Assembly (NCBI GenBank): GCA_054600435.1
Contig: BAAIJX010000001.1
Coordinates: 186,001-250,000 of the forward strand
DNA from: Neophaeotheca triangularis
Taxonomy: Eukaryota
DNA: 64,000 bases
Direction: 5' to 3'
Below, piece after piece: positions 1 through 10,900 of this stretch. Numbering within the stretch: the stretch's first letter is position 1; the number at the start of each line of letters is the position of its first letter. The position numbers and the translations under genes were made by a program. The notes under the pieces are model-generated. The model did not search any database. It worked only from the letters and a program-made list of their open reading frames with translations, and was not told the origin of the DNA.

Positions 1-272
1 CGAAGCAGCGCCAAAGGACTCCCAACCCTCTTGCCCTGAAAGCCTAGAAAAGAGGGGAAAAAAAAAAGAAAAAAGAAAACCATCATCAAGCAGTTAAGAA
101 ATTCGGTGTGCGCTCGTTACAAAAGAGGCCCGAAGCAGAGTAACAGCCCCAGATAAAGAAGAAGCTAGTGAAAAAAGAAAAAAAAGAGGAAAGAAAGGAA
201 AAAAACGCACAGCCAGAGCGCCCGAGTGCCAAGTACTTGTCTCGATAGCCAGGAGTAAGAACTACGAGTAGG

Positions 273-360
273 AAGTGAGAGTGAGAGTGAGAGTGAGAGA
301 GGGGGATTGATCTCTAGTACTCAAGAGTAAAACCCCCAGAAAACCCCCCCCCCCCCCCCC
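273..360. repeat. Low-complexity tract: (AGTGAG)n microsatellite followed by a long poly-C run
   Basis: AGTGAG units at about 274-298 and a poly-C run at about 344-360, read directly. Confidence 0.85.
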
Positions 361-728
361 TTTGTCCCCAAGTGAGAACTTTCTCCCAGAAAAAACAAAA
401 CTTGACCAGCAAAGTCTTGACCCAGAACAATTTCTTTCTTCCGCCGTCCCAAACTCCATCCTATCATATGCCCAGTGGTGAATTTTTTTCCCGATCCCAG
501 GCGCCAGTAATCCATATTTCTTTCCCCATTGCCTTGTTGAAACCGATTCCGTGATACAGTAAACCCCAGCCTGAGAAAATACGAAAAGGGGGGAGAAAAG
601 CACTCCGGCTCGACCTATCCAATGCCGGGAGAAGATCAACGATAACGCTCAGAAAAAACACACACGAGACCATAAACATCGCTCTCCCACCCTTGCATCC
701 CCATCACCTCTCTCCCACAACTCCCCAC

Positions 729-2477
729 TCATTCCAAAGCATCACTTCCCTCATACCGACTCAAATATGCATTCAAAGTTCTCTCGTCCAACACCTCGCC
801 AGCGACGATCTCATCACCATCCTCTGTCAAAACGGGACTAGCTTTGCCCCGACTCGCGCTACCCTGACCACTGCCCCTACCCTGCGTAGGTGGGCCTTTG
901 GAGCGCGAAGACCCTCTCAGCATGGCGGTCAAGTGGTCGATACTGCCGTTGAACCAGCCGGTGGAGGGGTTGAATTGTGGGCTCGGATGGAGGACGGCGT
1001 AGAAGTCTTGGTCATTATCGTTGTCGGAATCGGAGTCGGAGTCGCCACGGTGGTGGGGTAGAGAGCGGGATTTCTGGGGCGGAGAGGAGAGGTGGTCGAG
1101 ACCCGGAGGTGCGGGGACTTTGAACTCGTAGTTGATGCTGGGTTCGCCGCCGTAGCAGTCGTCGGTGGAGGAGTCCGAGGGGACGTCGTTTTCGTCAAAG
1201 TTGTAGAAGGAGTTTTCTTCGCCGTCCGAGGCGGGAAATCCGGATACGATGAAGTCGTCGACTTCTTCGTCGTCTTCGTCTTTGGCGGAGGTTTCGTCGC
1301 GGGATTTGGTCAGGTCTTCGTCCTGCGCGGCTTTGGCGCTGATGCCTTGGGAGAGTTGTTTGCGCAAACCGGCGAGGACGTCTTTTAGCCGCGCTTTCGA
1401 GCGTTGAGTGGGCATCTGCTCCATTTGGAGTTCGATTTCGGCGATTTGGGTGAAGAGGTTGTTGATGTCCGCGTCGAGGGCGGCAGCATGGGCGCCCGCG
1501 TCGGTGTTGGTTTCGACGGGTTCCGAAGGGGAGACGTTGCCGGCGGGGGCCAGGACGCCTTCAAAGGCTCGCTCGAAATCGCGGATCATGGTGCGGTCAG
1601 GGATGGCAAAGATGATTTCTTTGATACCCTCCCATTGCTCCGTGTTGGGTCTTCGTTGTCGGGGACTGCCTGCGATGACTTTGCGCCAGATTTTGGCAAC
1701 CTCTTTGACAGGGTTGCCGTATGCGCCACATCCCCAAGCTCCGAGGACGACTCTTTCGGCGCCTTTGGCTTGAGCCATACGGAGGACGGCTTTCATTTTG
1801 CGGGTGACGAGCTCACGGTCTTGATCGCAGTAACTCACGCCGCAGCTACATCCTTCGCTTCTCCGTTCCGTTTTTCCACTGACATCCGGGAAGCGGAACA
1901 TACCAGACGTAATGACATCAACAAAGAACCGATCACGCTTTTCGAGGTCGTTGGCTTCGGGCATGTCGTCACGAAAAACCATGACGTCTGGGGTGTAGAC
2001 ACCGCCGAGTTCCGGCAAGCGGTAAAAGGACTCCCATAACGAAGGGTAGAGTGTGCTTCGTGCGCAAAGAAACTCCTCCTGGCTATTGGCGCCGTCGAGA
2101 AAGCCACCGCCCGGTCGCATGGGAGATGCCATGTTGAGGACGGCAACGTTCGGTTTCTGGCTCTTCTTCATGACCGAAGCCGTCGTTCTGGGACGTTCCG
2201 ACACTCGTGCAGCGGCAGCGATGCAGTTGGCGCTCGTGACGCGGATTTTGGGGTGGTCGGGTGTGAGGGGAGGAGTGGAATCGGAGTTTTGGAGGGCAAT
2301 GGCAGCGTAAGGTACGGGATCGACCATGAGTTCGGCTTGGTGGATGCCATGGCGGGCTCGAGGGACGCTTCGAAGGACTTCGGGTATGGCCCTGTTGATG
2401 GTGTCTTTTGCTCGTTTTGCCCGCTCGAGCCGTCGACTGGGGTTCGGCATGATGATTGTTTGACGTTCTCTACCCAT
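729..2477 (-). CDS. Bacterial-type poly(ADP-ribose) glycohydrolase-like macrodomain protein (DUF2263/TIGR02452) with acidic C-terminal extension
   Basis: Intronless 582-aa ORF. VLNMASPMRPGGGFLDGANSQEEFLC matches the PARG GGG-x6-8-QEE signature; VVLGAWGCGAYGNP macrodomain loop; acidic, low-complexity C-terminal half. Confidence 0.85.
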   Translation of the reverse strand: MGRERQTIIMPNPSRRLERAKRAKDTINRAIPEVLRSVPRARHGIHQAELMVDPVPYAAIALQNSDSTPPLTPDHPKIRVTSANCIAAAARVSERPRTTASVMKKSQKPNVAVLNMASPMRPGGGFLDGANSQEEFLCARSTLYPSLWESFYRLPELGGVYTPDVMVFRDDMPEANDLEKRDRFFVDVITSGMFRFPDVSGKTERRSEGCSCGVSYCDQDRELVTRKMKAVLRMAQAKGAERVVLGAWGCGAYGNPVKEVAKIWRKVIAGSPRQRRPNTEQWEGIKEIIFAIPDRTMIRDFERAFEGVLAPAGNVSPSEPVETNTDAGAHAAALDADINNLFTQIAEIELQMEQMPTQRSKARLKDVLAGLRKQLSQGISAKAAQDEDLTKSRDETSAKDEDDEEVDDFIVSGFPASDGEENSFYNFDENDVPSDSSTDDCYGGEPSINYEFKVPAPPGLDHLSSPPQKSRSLPHHRGDSDSDSDNDNDQDFYAVLHPSPQFNPSTGWFNGSIDHLTAMLRGSSRSKGPPTQGRGSGQGSASRGKASPVLTEDGDEIVAGEVLDERTLNAYLSRYEGSDALE

Positions 2478-4482
2478 TGGTGGTGGCTGGTTGTACGTAG
2501 GGCGTAGAGAGCGGGAAGATGTAGAAAACGGCGAGCGGGTGCGGAGAGAAAGTATGGAGAGTCTATGTCTACAAAAGAGTGGAATGTGTGACGAACGAAG
2601 AGTGGTAGTGGTGATAGTAGTCGTCTTGGTCGTCGTCGTCGTCGTCGCAGTCGGTCAAATTGACCGAAGGGAGAGGGGTGTGGTCAGTAGTAGTTACAAG
2701 ACTAGTAACAAGCGGTCCACGGTGGTGCTTCAGGGTGGAACGAAGCATGTGAAAGAGTCGATGCAGCCTCTCGAGTGTCTCGTGCTCACTTGGCTTTCAC
2801 CCTGACACGTCAGATGTAATACAATAATTAAAGTATTACACTGTATATGTAAATATTACCTGTATAAATTATCGATTGCGCTTCCTGTAGAACGAAAGCG
2901 ACAGTAAGTAAGGTAGGGTTTGATGTGGTGCCGGCGTCGACCGAGGCGGACGGAGAATAGTTGGATACGGGGCCTGACGAAAAGGCAAGAGAGGAGTAAA
3001 AAGGAAGGTAAGTTAAAGTTTGTAACATGACTTGACTCGTCAGGAACAAATACAGAACAGAATGACGATAATAACAGTGATTGATATTAACACTGTAGAA
3101 TATTGTGATAATAAGTCAAGTCCGATGCGGGCCGCAGGAATTGACTAGAACTACTAGTAGTACCTACTAGTAGTATCTACCTACTCTTTTTTCCTTTCAC
3201 ATGTTACAATAGTAAGTAGTAGTAGTCGGTAACTCATATAACTGATCAGTGCCTAGCCAAAAGCAGTAGCTGCCTCCCGGAAATAGTAAAGTCGCCCAAA
3301 TTACTGACGTTTCCACTTGCATGTGACAGCGGGCTCGGGCTTTCTTCCAATTGCGTACACCATCGCGATCCCATCGCAATAGGAGGTGATACCTTACCCG
3401 ACGTTTGCAGCCAGCCAGCCAGCCAGCCGGAGGCAATTGACGGCAATCAAATCAATCCCGAAAGAATGCGCCCGCCCACTTTACTAAAAAAGCCCGACCC
3501 ATCATCACCTCAGCCCTGAACAAGACAAGACATAGGCACATAGGCACAGTACCACTGCTATGGCCCGTGCAAACTGCATACCTAATGTACCTCCCCTCGA
3601 TTATTATTGCGAACCCGCCACTCCCGCCGCCCGCGAAGGGGCATGGGGCTGGGGAGAGCTTTTCGGGGCCGCCTTTGTACATTTTTTCCACTTTACAAAG
3701 GAAAGGTAGGTAGGTACCCGTGGACCTTACCGCTCCCCATCGTTACTTAACGGGAGCTGAGCTGAGGTGCTGACGACATTCTTCTTCTCCCCATGATGAG
3801 AGAGCGTCCGGGCCCGTCTGAGACACACGGTGAGAGAAGATGACCTGATAATACTACCCAAGTTACCTACCCTACCTACATAACTAGCCAGGGCAACTTC
3901 GTTGGAATCTTGCTTCAGCGGAGGGAGCTGCAGACCGGATTTGCAATCATCACGGTACTCTTTGCGTCCGAAGCCATGGCACGCGCACGACCATGGCGTG
4001 TCTTGCTCGTCGTCGGTCGGGGTACCTTTTGTGTCGGCTGACTGCGGTGCACATACTGTATGTATGGGTGTCGTCTATCCCGGGACGAAGTCCACCGAAC
4101 AAGTAATAAGTACATGCACATGCACTCTACCACCATCACCGCCCCCTTCCCCCACCAGACCCGAACGTGCAGATATCTCGATCGAGCAACGGTGCAGCAT
4201 GTACACATGTCTTATGTACATACGATGTGTTGTAATAGAGTGGTGCTGGCAATACGCAACATTTCTTCATACATGTACATTTGCTCTCCTTCTCCATCTC
4301 ATTTCAATCGCAATAGTCGCACGTGCAACTGTCGGTCCCTGGAAACCCAACGACGCCGTCTATATCGACCTGCGCCGGCGCTGGCATCAAGAAATCACTG
4401 TAGTGGTGGTTGTAGTAGTCGTAGCTAGGTAGGTAGTACTTCCCCGGACACGGACACGGTCACGGACACGGCCGGGCTGTCC

Positions 4483-5653
4483 TTATATCTTCTCCTTGAC
4501 CTCCTCCGGCAACACTCTATCCTCAAATCTCCGCATCAGCTTGTTCGTCTGCTCCGCTAGGGTAAGGGTGAGGATCTAGATGACACATTCAGGTCAGCAG
4601 ACTTTCATCTCGGGACGACAAAATTCGAATCGGCTTCAACGCTTACAGTATGCGGCAGAATGCGCGCCAAATGCGCAAAGTACCCCTTATACACGGCCAG
4701 GATACCCTCCATCTTGACAGTACGGTACAAACAGTCGAAAGCACCCGTGTACAGGTTGCCCGTCTGGTTGTACATGCGGCTCATGACTGTATCGGGAGGG
4801 TGCATGACACAGCAGACGACGAAACCGCTGGCCGTCGAGCTCATGAGGTGCAGCGCGGGCCCCTCTTCCATGTCCAAGTGCCTGACCAGCCGGCGCTTCG
4901 CGAAGAAGTAGGTGGGGAGCTGCACGCTCGAGCCGAAACCCGTGCGTACCATTGCCGGCCCGACGCCGCGGTAGAGGCCTTTGAGGCCTTCGGCGCCGTA
5001 GATCTGTTTCAGCCCGTCCCATGCATTGCGGTATTGGTGTTGTGTGCCGACGGGGAGGAAGGGGGAGTAGGATTGCAGCCGGGTTTTGACGAGGAAGAAG
5101 GGCGAGCCTGCTGCTGCGCCTAGGATTCCCGAGGCCGCGCCGGAGAAGATGTTGACGGGGAGGGATTGCAGAGCGCGTACGTCTGGGTCGTGGCTGTTGG
5201 TTATGCTGCGTTTCATCACTACGCTGTTGACGTGGGTTCGTAGGGGTTCGTAGAAGCCTAGTCGGCAGCCATTGAGGGTCATTTGGTAGATGTACTGTAG
5301 ACGGCGCACGCTCCTATTAGCCTATCGTTCTTGCCATCCATGTCGCTGGCGACTCTGCTCCGTATCGTCATCTGGAGGTATTGTGCCTCGTGCGATTCCC
5401 TCCGCAGCTACGGCGCCTCGGTACAACTCACAGCACAGTTCAACCCGCGCAAAAGCCCCTTCATGCCCTCGTTTTGAAAGACGACCCTCATGCCGTGAAA
5501 GACACCTCTGTACTGCTTTGGCGCATCGCTCTTCGCTTGCAGCTCGCCCTGAAGTTGTAATCGGATCTTGACAGTCTCAAATGAATGGGTAACGGTAACA
5601 GCTCCGCATGCTGCTATGCCGCCGGCGACGAACGAGCCCAAAGTTGTGGACAT
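4483..5653 (-). CDS. OAC1: Mitochondrial oxaloacetate/sulfate carrier
   Basis: Exons 5653-5432, 5294-4647, 4575-4483 with GT-AG introns. MSTTLGSFVAGGIAACGAVTVTHSFETVKIRLQLQGE, SPFFLVKTRLQ and HPPDTVMSRMYNQ are the three carrier repeats typical of Oac1. Confidence 0.93.
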
Positions 5654-6132
5654 ATCCACTGGTTCAACCGGCTCGTGGCTATGTTTTGCTCCCGAGTCTT
5701 TTTCCAATGCGATGTGATGGAGCTACCTTGGCATCGAGAAGGGCTACCGAGGTGAGACTAGGCGGTGCAGACGTAGAGGCCCAGGAGACAATTGGGAATC
5801 GGCCGATATGCTAGTCAGTTGTGCTCAGTCGGGAATATCGCTTAAAAGAGTGGAGAGTTGTAAGTACTTCTATTCATGCGAGAAGAAGAAGAAGCGCATC
5901 TTTTGTGTTAAGCCGAGCTCGAAACGCAGCAGCATTTGATGATTTGACGCATCGGCACAAGCGGTGTCGGAGTGCTAAGCTTTCCTTCCCCAGATTTTCG
6001 ATAACCCTCACCCTAGGTACCATGCAGCAGCTACTGAAGTCAACTTCACCAATCGCAAACGTCGACAACGATACCTTTCTCTTGTCTACAGCGACACTAC
6101 CGCGGGAAACAGCAAAGAAACAAGTCGCCAAC

Positions 6133-7185
6133 ATGGCAGCAGGGCAGGCGGTCAAATGCGAGGACGTGGTCTCGACCTTCCGACCAACCCGCCTCTTCAA
6201 AAGCAATTCCGCCTACACCTCCATCGACTTCGACGGCACCGGCGAATTCCTCCTCCTCTCGCGAACAGACGACACGATCCAACTCTTCAACGTCAAAGCC
6301 GGACAACACGCTAAAGAGCTAAAGTCGCAAAAATATGGCAGCGCCCTGGCCCGCTTCACCCATCATGCCACCAGCATCATCTACGCCAGCACAAAAGTCG
6401 ACGACGGCATCCGCTACCTCAGCATGCACGATAACAGCTTCATCCGCTACTTTCGCGGCCACACGGACCGTGTGACCAGCCTTAGCATCAGTCCCAGCAA
6501 CGACAACTTCCTCTCTGCCAGCCTCGACAACACGGTGCGCCTCTGGGACGCCCGCTCCTCCACTCCGCAAGGCCAGCTCAACTTCACCTGCCCATACCTA
6601 ACCGCCTACGACCCCAGCGCGACCGTCATCGCCATCGCCTCGCCCAAATCCCAGACCGTCCTCCTCTACGACTTGCGCAACTACGATAAACCCCCCTTTG
6701 CGACCTTCGACCTGGCTGCCACGGAAAAGCGCCTCGCGGCCAGTCACGGCCAGCGCCAGGGCGAGGGCTGGAATAGCTTGGAGTTCAGCAACAACGGCAA
6801 ATACCTGCTCATCGCCACCAACGGGCCGGGCCACTACGTCCTCGACGCTTTCTCGGGGGACCTCATCCACTACCTGCACCGTCCAGCGGGAGCATCGGGT
6901 TTCCCCGCCGCCGGCGATGTGCTAGACACCCAACAGCACTACCGTCAGGGCGACGCGGCTTTCTCGCCAGACGGCAGATACGTCGTCGGGGGCAATGGCG
7001 GGCAAAGCGGGCTGGAAGTCTGGGATTGCCAGGAGCGCGAACGGCACGACAAAGTGCTGGAACCAACGTGCGAGCTGCCCAGCCAGAAGAGCGCGGGCGT
7101 CGTGGCGTATAATCCGCGTTTCAACATGCTGGCGAGCGCAGATCGGGACGTTATGATGTGGCTGCCGGATCCGGATGCGGCGTGA
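6133..7185 (+). CDS. SWD2: WD40 COMPASS/CPF subunit Swd2 (WDR82 family)
   Basis: SQKYG, IRYLSMHDNSFIRYFRGH, LYDLRNYDKPPF and LEFSNNGKYLL motifs. Start placed at ATG 6133 (gccaacATGG); ATG 6022 is an alternative. Confidence 0.92.
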   Translation: MAAGQAVKCEDVVSTFRPTRLFKSNSAYTSIDFDGTGEFLLLSRTDDTIQLFNVKAGQHAKELKSQKYGSALARFTHHATSIIYASTKVDDGIRYLSMHDNSFIRYFRGHTDRVTSLSISPSNDNFLSASLDNTVRLWDARSSTPQGQLNFTCPYLTAYDPSATVIAIASPKSQTVLLYDLRNYDKPPFATFDLAATEKRLAASHGQRQGEGWNSLEFSNNGKYLLIATNGPGHYVLDAFSGDLIHYLHRPAGASGFPAAGDVLDTQQHYRQGDAAFSPDGRYVVGGNGGQSGLEVWDCQERERHDKVLEPTCELPSQKSAGVVAYNPRFNMLASADRDVMMWLPDPDAA

Positions 7186-7386
7186 ATCTTGTCCAGAGGA
7201 GGGGAAGGCCGATGAGGTTTGTGAGGAAGGAGAGCACGCGGATTTACATGTATCGACTGCGATTTAGCGAGGCGTTCAATGGCGTAGAAGAATGAGATAG
7301 GCACGACCAGGTAGCTGGCATACACTATGCAAAGAAGGGTCGCGTATCTGCGAGGGTAGCGAATGTTGCACACGCTTGAGACCATC

Positions 7387-7770
7387 TACAAAAAGACGAG
7401 AAACAGACGAGGGATTCTTCACTTCTTTGAAAGAATCCCAGCAAGATTGCTCTCCCACGGTTTTGTATGTCTATGCTCACAGTAGTCTCCACGGCCTACA
7501 CTAGCAAGCGCCTACCATTCTTACCCCGCCACCGGGAAACCCCGCCACCGGGAAACCCTGGTGTGCTAAACGAGTACCAAAGGTGAAGGTTGTTGCCCGT
7601 CAAAACCCCAGAGATCGCTCGGGAGCAAGTTGAAGGTTGATTGTGAAAAAGAGCGAGGTCAGGATCGTTTGACCGCGGTAACATTTGACAGTTTGGGGTG
7701 AGGCCATTCCCTGAACGCTCGCAAGACAACGAGGGTGAGACTGGGACGGAGACTAGAACGGCTGTGTGCT
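7387..7770 (-). ncRNA. Candidate structured RNA of unassigned family (independent ncRNA or RRP5 3'UTR element)
   Basis: Non-coding gap between convergent SWD2 and RRP5 with a fully nested set of helices, several needing G-U pairs on the minus strand, plus a separate 9-bp perfect hairpin (7411-7419/7431-7439). Confidence 0.3.
7523..7554. repeat. Perfect 16-bp tandem direct repeat (ACCCCGCCACCGGGAA x2)
   Basis: Units at 7523-7538 and 7539-7554, read directly. Confidence 0.95.
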
Positions 7771-7976
7771 CGATAGCGTGATGTTGTCGAAAGCTGTGGG
7801 AAGTGAAGCATGTCTAGATTTCAGTAGTCAAAAACAAAGGTACAATATACGCTATGCTAGTATCTACACGTTCGAGGAAACAAAGATCACACATACGCCG
7901 TCCCCAACACAAAATACGAGGCTCGTTCTCAAGCATACCCCTCCTTCTACTCAACAGAACCCCACAACCAGCAAAT

Positions 7977-10900
7977 CTACTCCTCCTCGTCCGCCCCCTT
8001 CCCCGCCTGCTCCCTCTCAACATACTCTTGCGCCAGCGCCTTAACGCGCTCAATGCCCTTCTGTTCTCCGACCGCCTCTTCAAACTCCAACCACCGCTTG
8101 AACAAGAACCGCGCCATGCGCTTCTTCATCTTACGCTTAGCCATGCGCTCGAAGAGCGCCCTAACTCTACCTTGCTGTTCCTTCTTAGCCTCGGCAGTAG
8201 TCGCGGCCGCGAGACGACTGCGCTCGAGATCCACGTATTGGTCCCAGCCCGAACTCCACTTGGGCCACTCGGTGACGAGGTTTTCGAAAATCGTGCGGCC
8301 GTGCTCAGGGTCGCCGTGCGGGGAGTGGAACTCGAGAGCAGCGAATTTGGCCGTCAGGGGGCGGTGTTCGGTCATGGGAATGGATTTGAGGGCTTCGGGG
8401 AGGAGAGCGCGGGCTCGGGATGGGGAATTGAGGGTGCTGAGCAGGAAAGTGGCGAAGTTGAGCCAGATGTCGGGACTCGCACGGAAGGTCTTGTTGCGCA
8501 GCATGGCTTGGAAGATGTTGTCGGCCGCGTCATGTTTGCCCGAGTCGATGTAGATGGAGGCTAGCTTTTCGTGCATTTCTAACGGGTCCTGGACTTGGCA
8601 GGCGTTTTTGAAGACGTCTTCGACGCTTTCCGAAGATCCGTATTCGACTTCCAGGTTTAGCCAGGCGATCCAGATGTTGCCCTTTTCTTCCGTCTCGCGG
8701 ATGTGGATGGTCCTCAGGGCGCGGGAGGCGATATCGCGGGCTTTTTGTGTCTCGCTGAGTTGGAGTTGGAAGGCCATGTACTGGATCCAGAGACCCGAGT
8801 TGTTTGGCTGACCAAGAAGTTGGCGCTCAAAGTCGCTTGTGCTGCGAGGACCGTACTTGTCGAGCTCGCCAGTCAAATCGGCCTTGATCTCAGGCTTGGT
8901 GCGCTTTCGCTTCTTGGTGGCGGCTGTGTCAGGCTCAGAGTCGGATGCAGCATTGTCGGCAGTGTCGAGATTGTTCCCAGCCCAATCGAAGCCGCTAGTC
9001 TTCAGACCTAGGCCATTGGTCGCAGCGCTCGGCTCATCAACGTCCATAGCATCGGGGTTCAAGACCTCGTCTTCGCTGTCGGCAGACTGGACTTCTCTAA
9101 GATCGACCCCGCCCTCCTCGTCTCCGTCAACATCGACACCCATATCTTCATCGTCACTGGCGGACTCCATCTCCTCGTCGACATCCTCCTCGTCCTCATC
9201 CTCATCTTCCTCGGCAGCATCCTTGAAGTAGCTCGCCTTCAAACCAAGACTGATCTTCCTCTTCTCAACGTCAATGTTCAACACCTTCGCCTTGACAACA
9301 TCGCCGGCACTGTATAGTTTGCGTACATCCTCAATCCGCTTAGCAGCAACCTCACTCCTATGACACAGACCAGAGACTCTTGGCTGGGTGTTGTCGATAT
9401 CCACGAAAGCACCGAAATCCTCGACCTTCCTGACTTTGCCAGTGATGATCATGCCAACTTCAAGATCCGAGATACCAATCGGTGGCTTGTAGTCCTTGTC
9501 GACGTGGGACTTTTTCAGGCTCATTTGCACGTGGCCGCTTTCGGCCTGAACCGTGACGACGCGCCCTGTGACGAGCTGGTCGACCTCGAAAAGCGCCTTC
9601 CAATCCTTGACATACTGGTCGCTGAGGTCTGAAACACGCACGTGAGCATCTACATTCGCACCGATGCTCACAAAGACGCCCTTGTCGGCCACGTGCTTGA
9701 CAAAACCTCGCACGATGTCACCAGCACTGATCTGGTCGGCTTTGGTGATGCTCTTATCTGCGACGGGCAAACTTGAACTCAAGACTCTGCTTGGACGAAG
9801 AGACAAGAAGAACTTCTTGTTGGGACGGTCAACTGCAAGGACGCAGACGCGGACGATATCGTTCTTCTCGTATGAGGACGTGTCGACTTTGGAGAAGTCG
9901 TCTGCCAACTCCACCAAAGGCACTGGACCAGCCAAGGTGTCCGAGAGCTGAACGGTTACTGCGCGCTCGGTAATCTTGGTGATTCTTCCAGGTACGACCG
10001 AGTTTGGCGTCAGGTTCTGGATGGTCAAAGGTCCGTCGGTAGTCCCAGACCTGGCATTGAGGTCAAGACGATTTGCCGAAGCGTCTACCGCCTTCACGGT
10101 GACCCTGAGGGCACATCCAATGGGGAAGCTCTTGTTCAGGTTTTGCAATGCGCCGGCGTCGTCGGAAAGGTCCATGAGAGCAACTCTGCCGCGTACGTTG
10201 GGCGAGAGATTGACCCAGACGCACCCGTCGCTGTGGTTGTTCACGAACGCCACATAGGTTGCGCCGACTGCGATATCTGTCATGCTCTCCAGTACTTTGC
10301 CTGGACCAGTGACGTCCGACTTTTTTGCCGAGAGCTCGAAGACAGGGTTGGTGTTGTTGCGGTGACTGATTGGTAGGAAGCGGTGGTTGCGCGAGTCGTA
10401 CATCCCGAGCACCTTCACGTCGAGAACTTCATTAGGCTTGAACTGCTGCAGTGGCTGTCGCTTGTTCGTGATGTCTTCCCAGCGGTCGAAGACTTGACTC
10501 GCATCGATACGGCCTAGCACGCCATCAGCCAGACGCATGTTGAGCTGAGTGCCTTTGATGGATGCAATGCGAGCTTTAGTCACTCGACCAAGCGTAAGAT
10601 CAGCGGATGTTTTGATTGATGGGTCGACAGGGTTCGTGAGGCTCGCGGTAGGCTTGTTGCTCTGCGAACGCTCGTTGACGGATGGTTCGTCCGTCTGTTC
10701 TCGCATGCTCAAGGTGAATCTTTGCCTGGCCTCATCAACACCCGCCACCCATGCCCTGACAGTCTGGTCTTTGTGAAGACCAAAGGCGGGCTGTCCGACC
10801 ATGTTGGAGGCAATTTGAGTTTTCGGTACAAGACCCACGACGCCGTTCGCAAACTCTGTGTAGATGCCTTCGGGGGTGATGTTACGGACAAAGCCAACCA

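Noticed and set aside
3902..4432. 176-aa Cys-rich ORF
   Set aside because: TTG start; the composition derives from TGTACA/TACATG low-complexity DNA.
5295..5431. C/D snoRNA in OAC1 intron 1
   Set aside because: Only a degenerate C box (AUGACGA) and no CUGA D box.
7300..7770. Assignment of the structured region to snR30/U17, SRP, RNase P/MRP or telomerase RNA
   Set aside because: ACAUUCGCUA only loosely resembles snR30 m1 and there is no AAACCA m2. I saw no UGUNR Alu or helix-8 motif, no bulged P4 or CR-I context, and no telomeric template; the space is too short for a filamentous-fungal TER.
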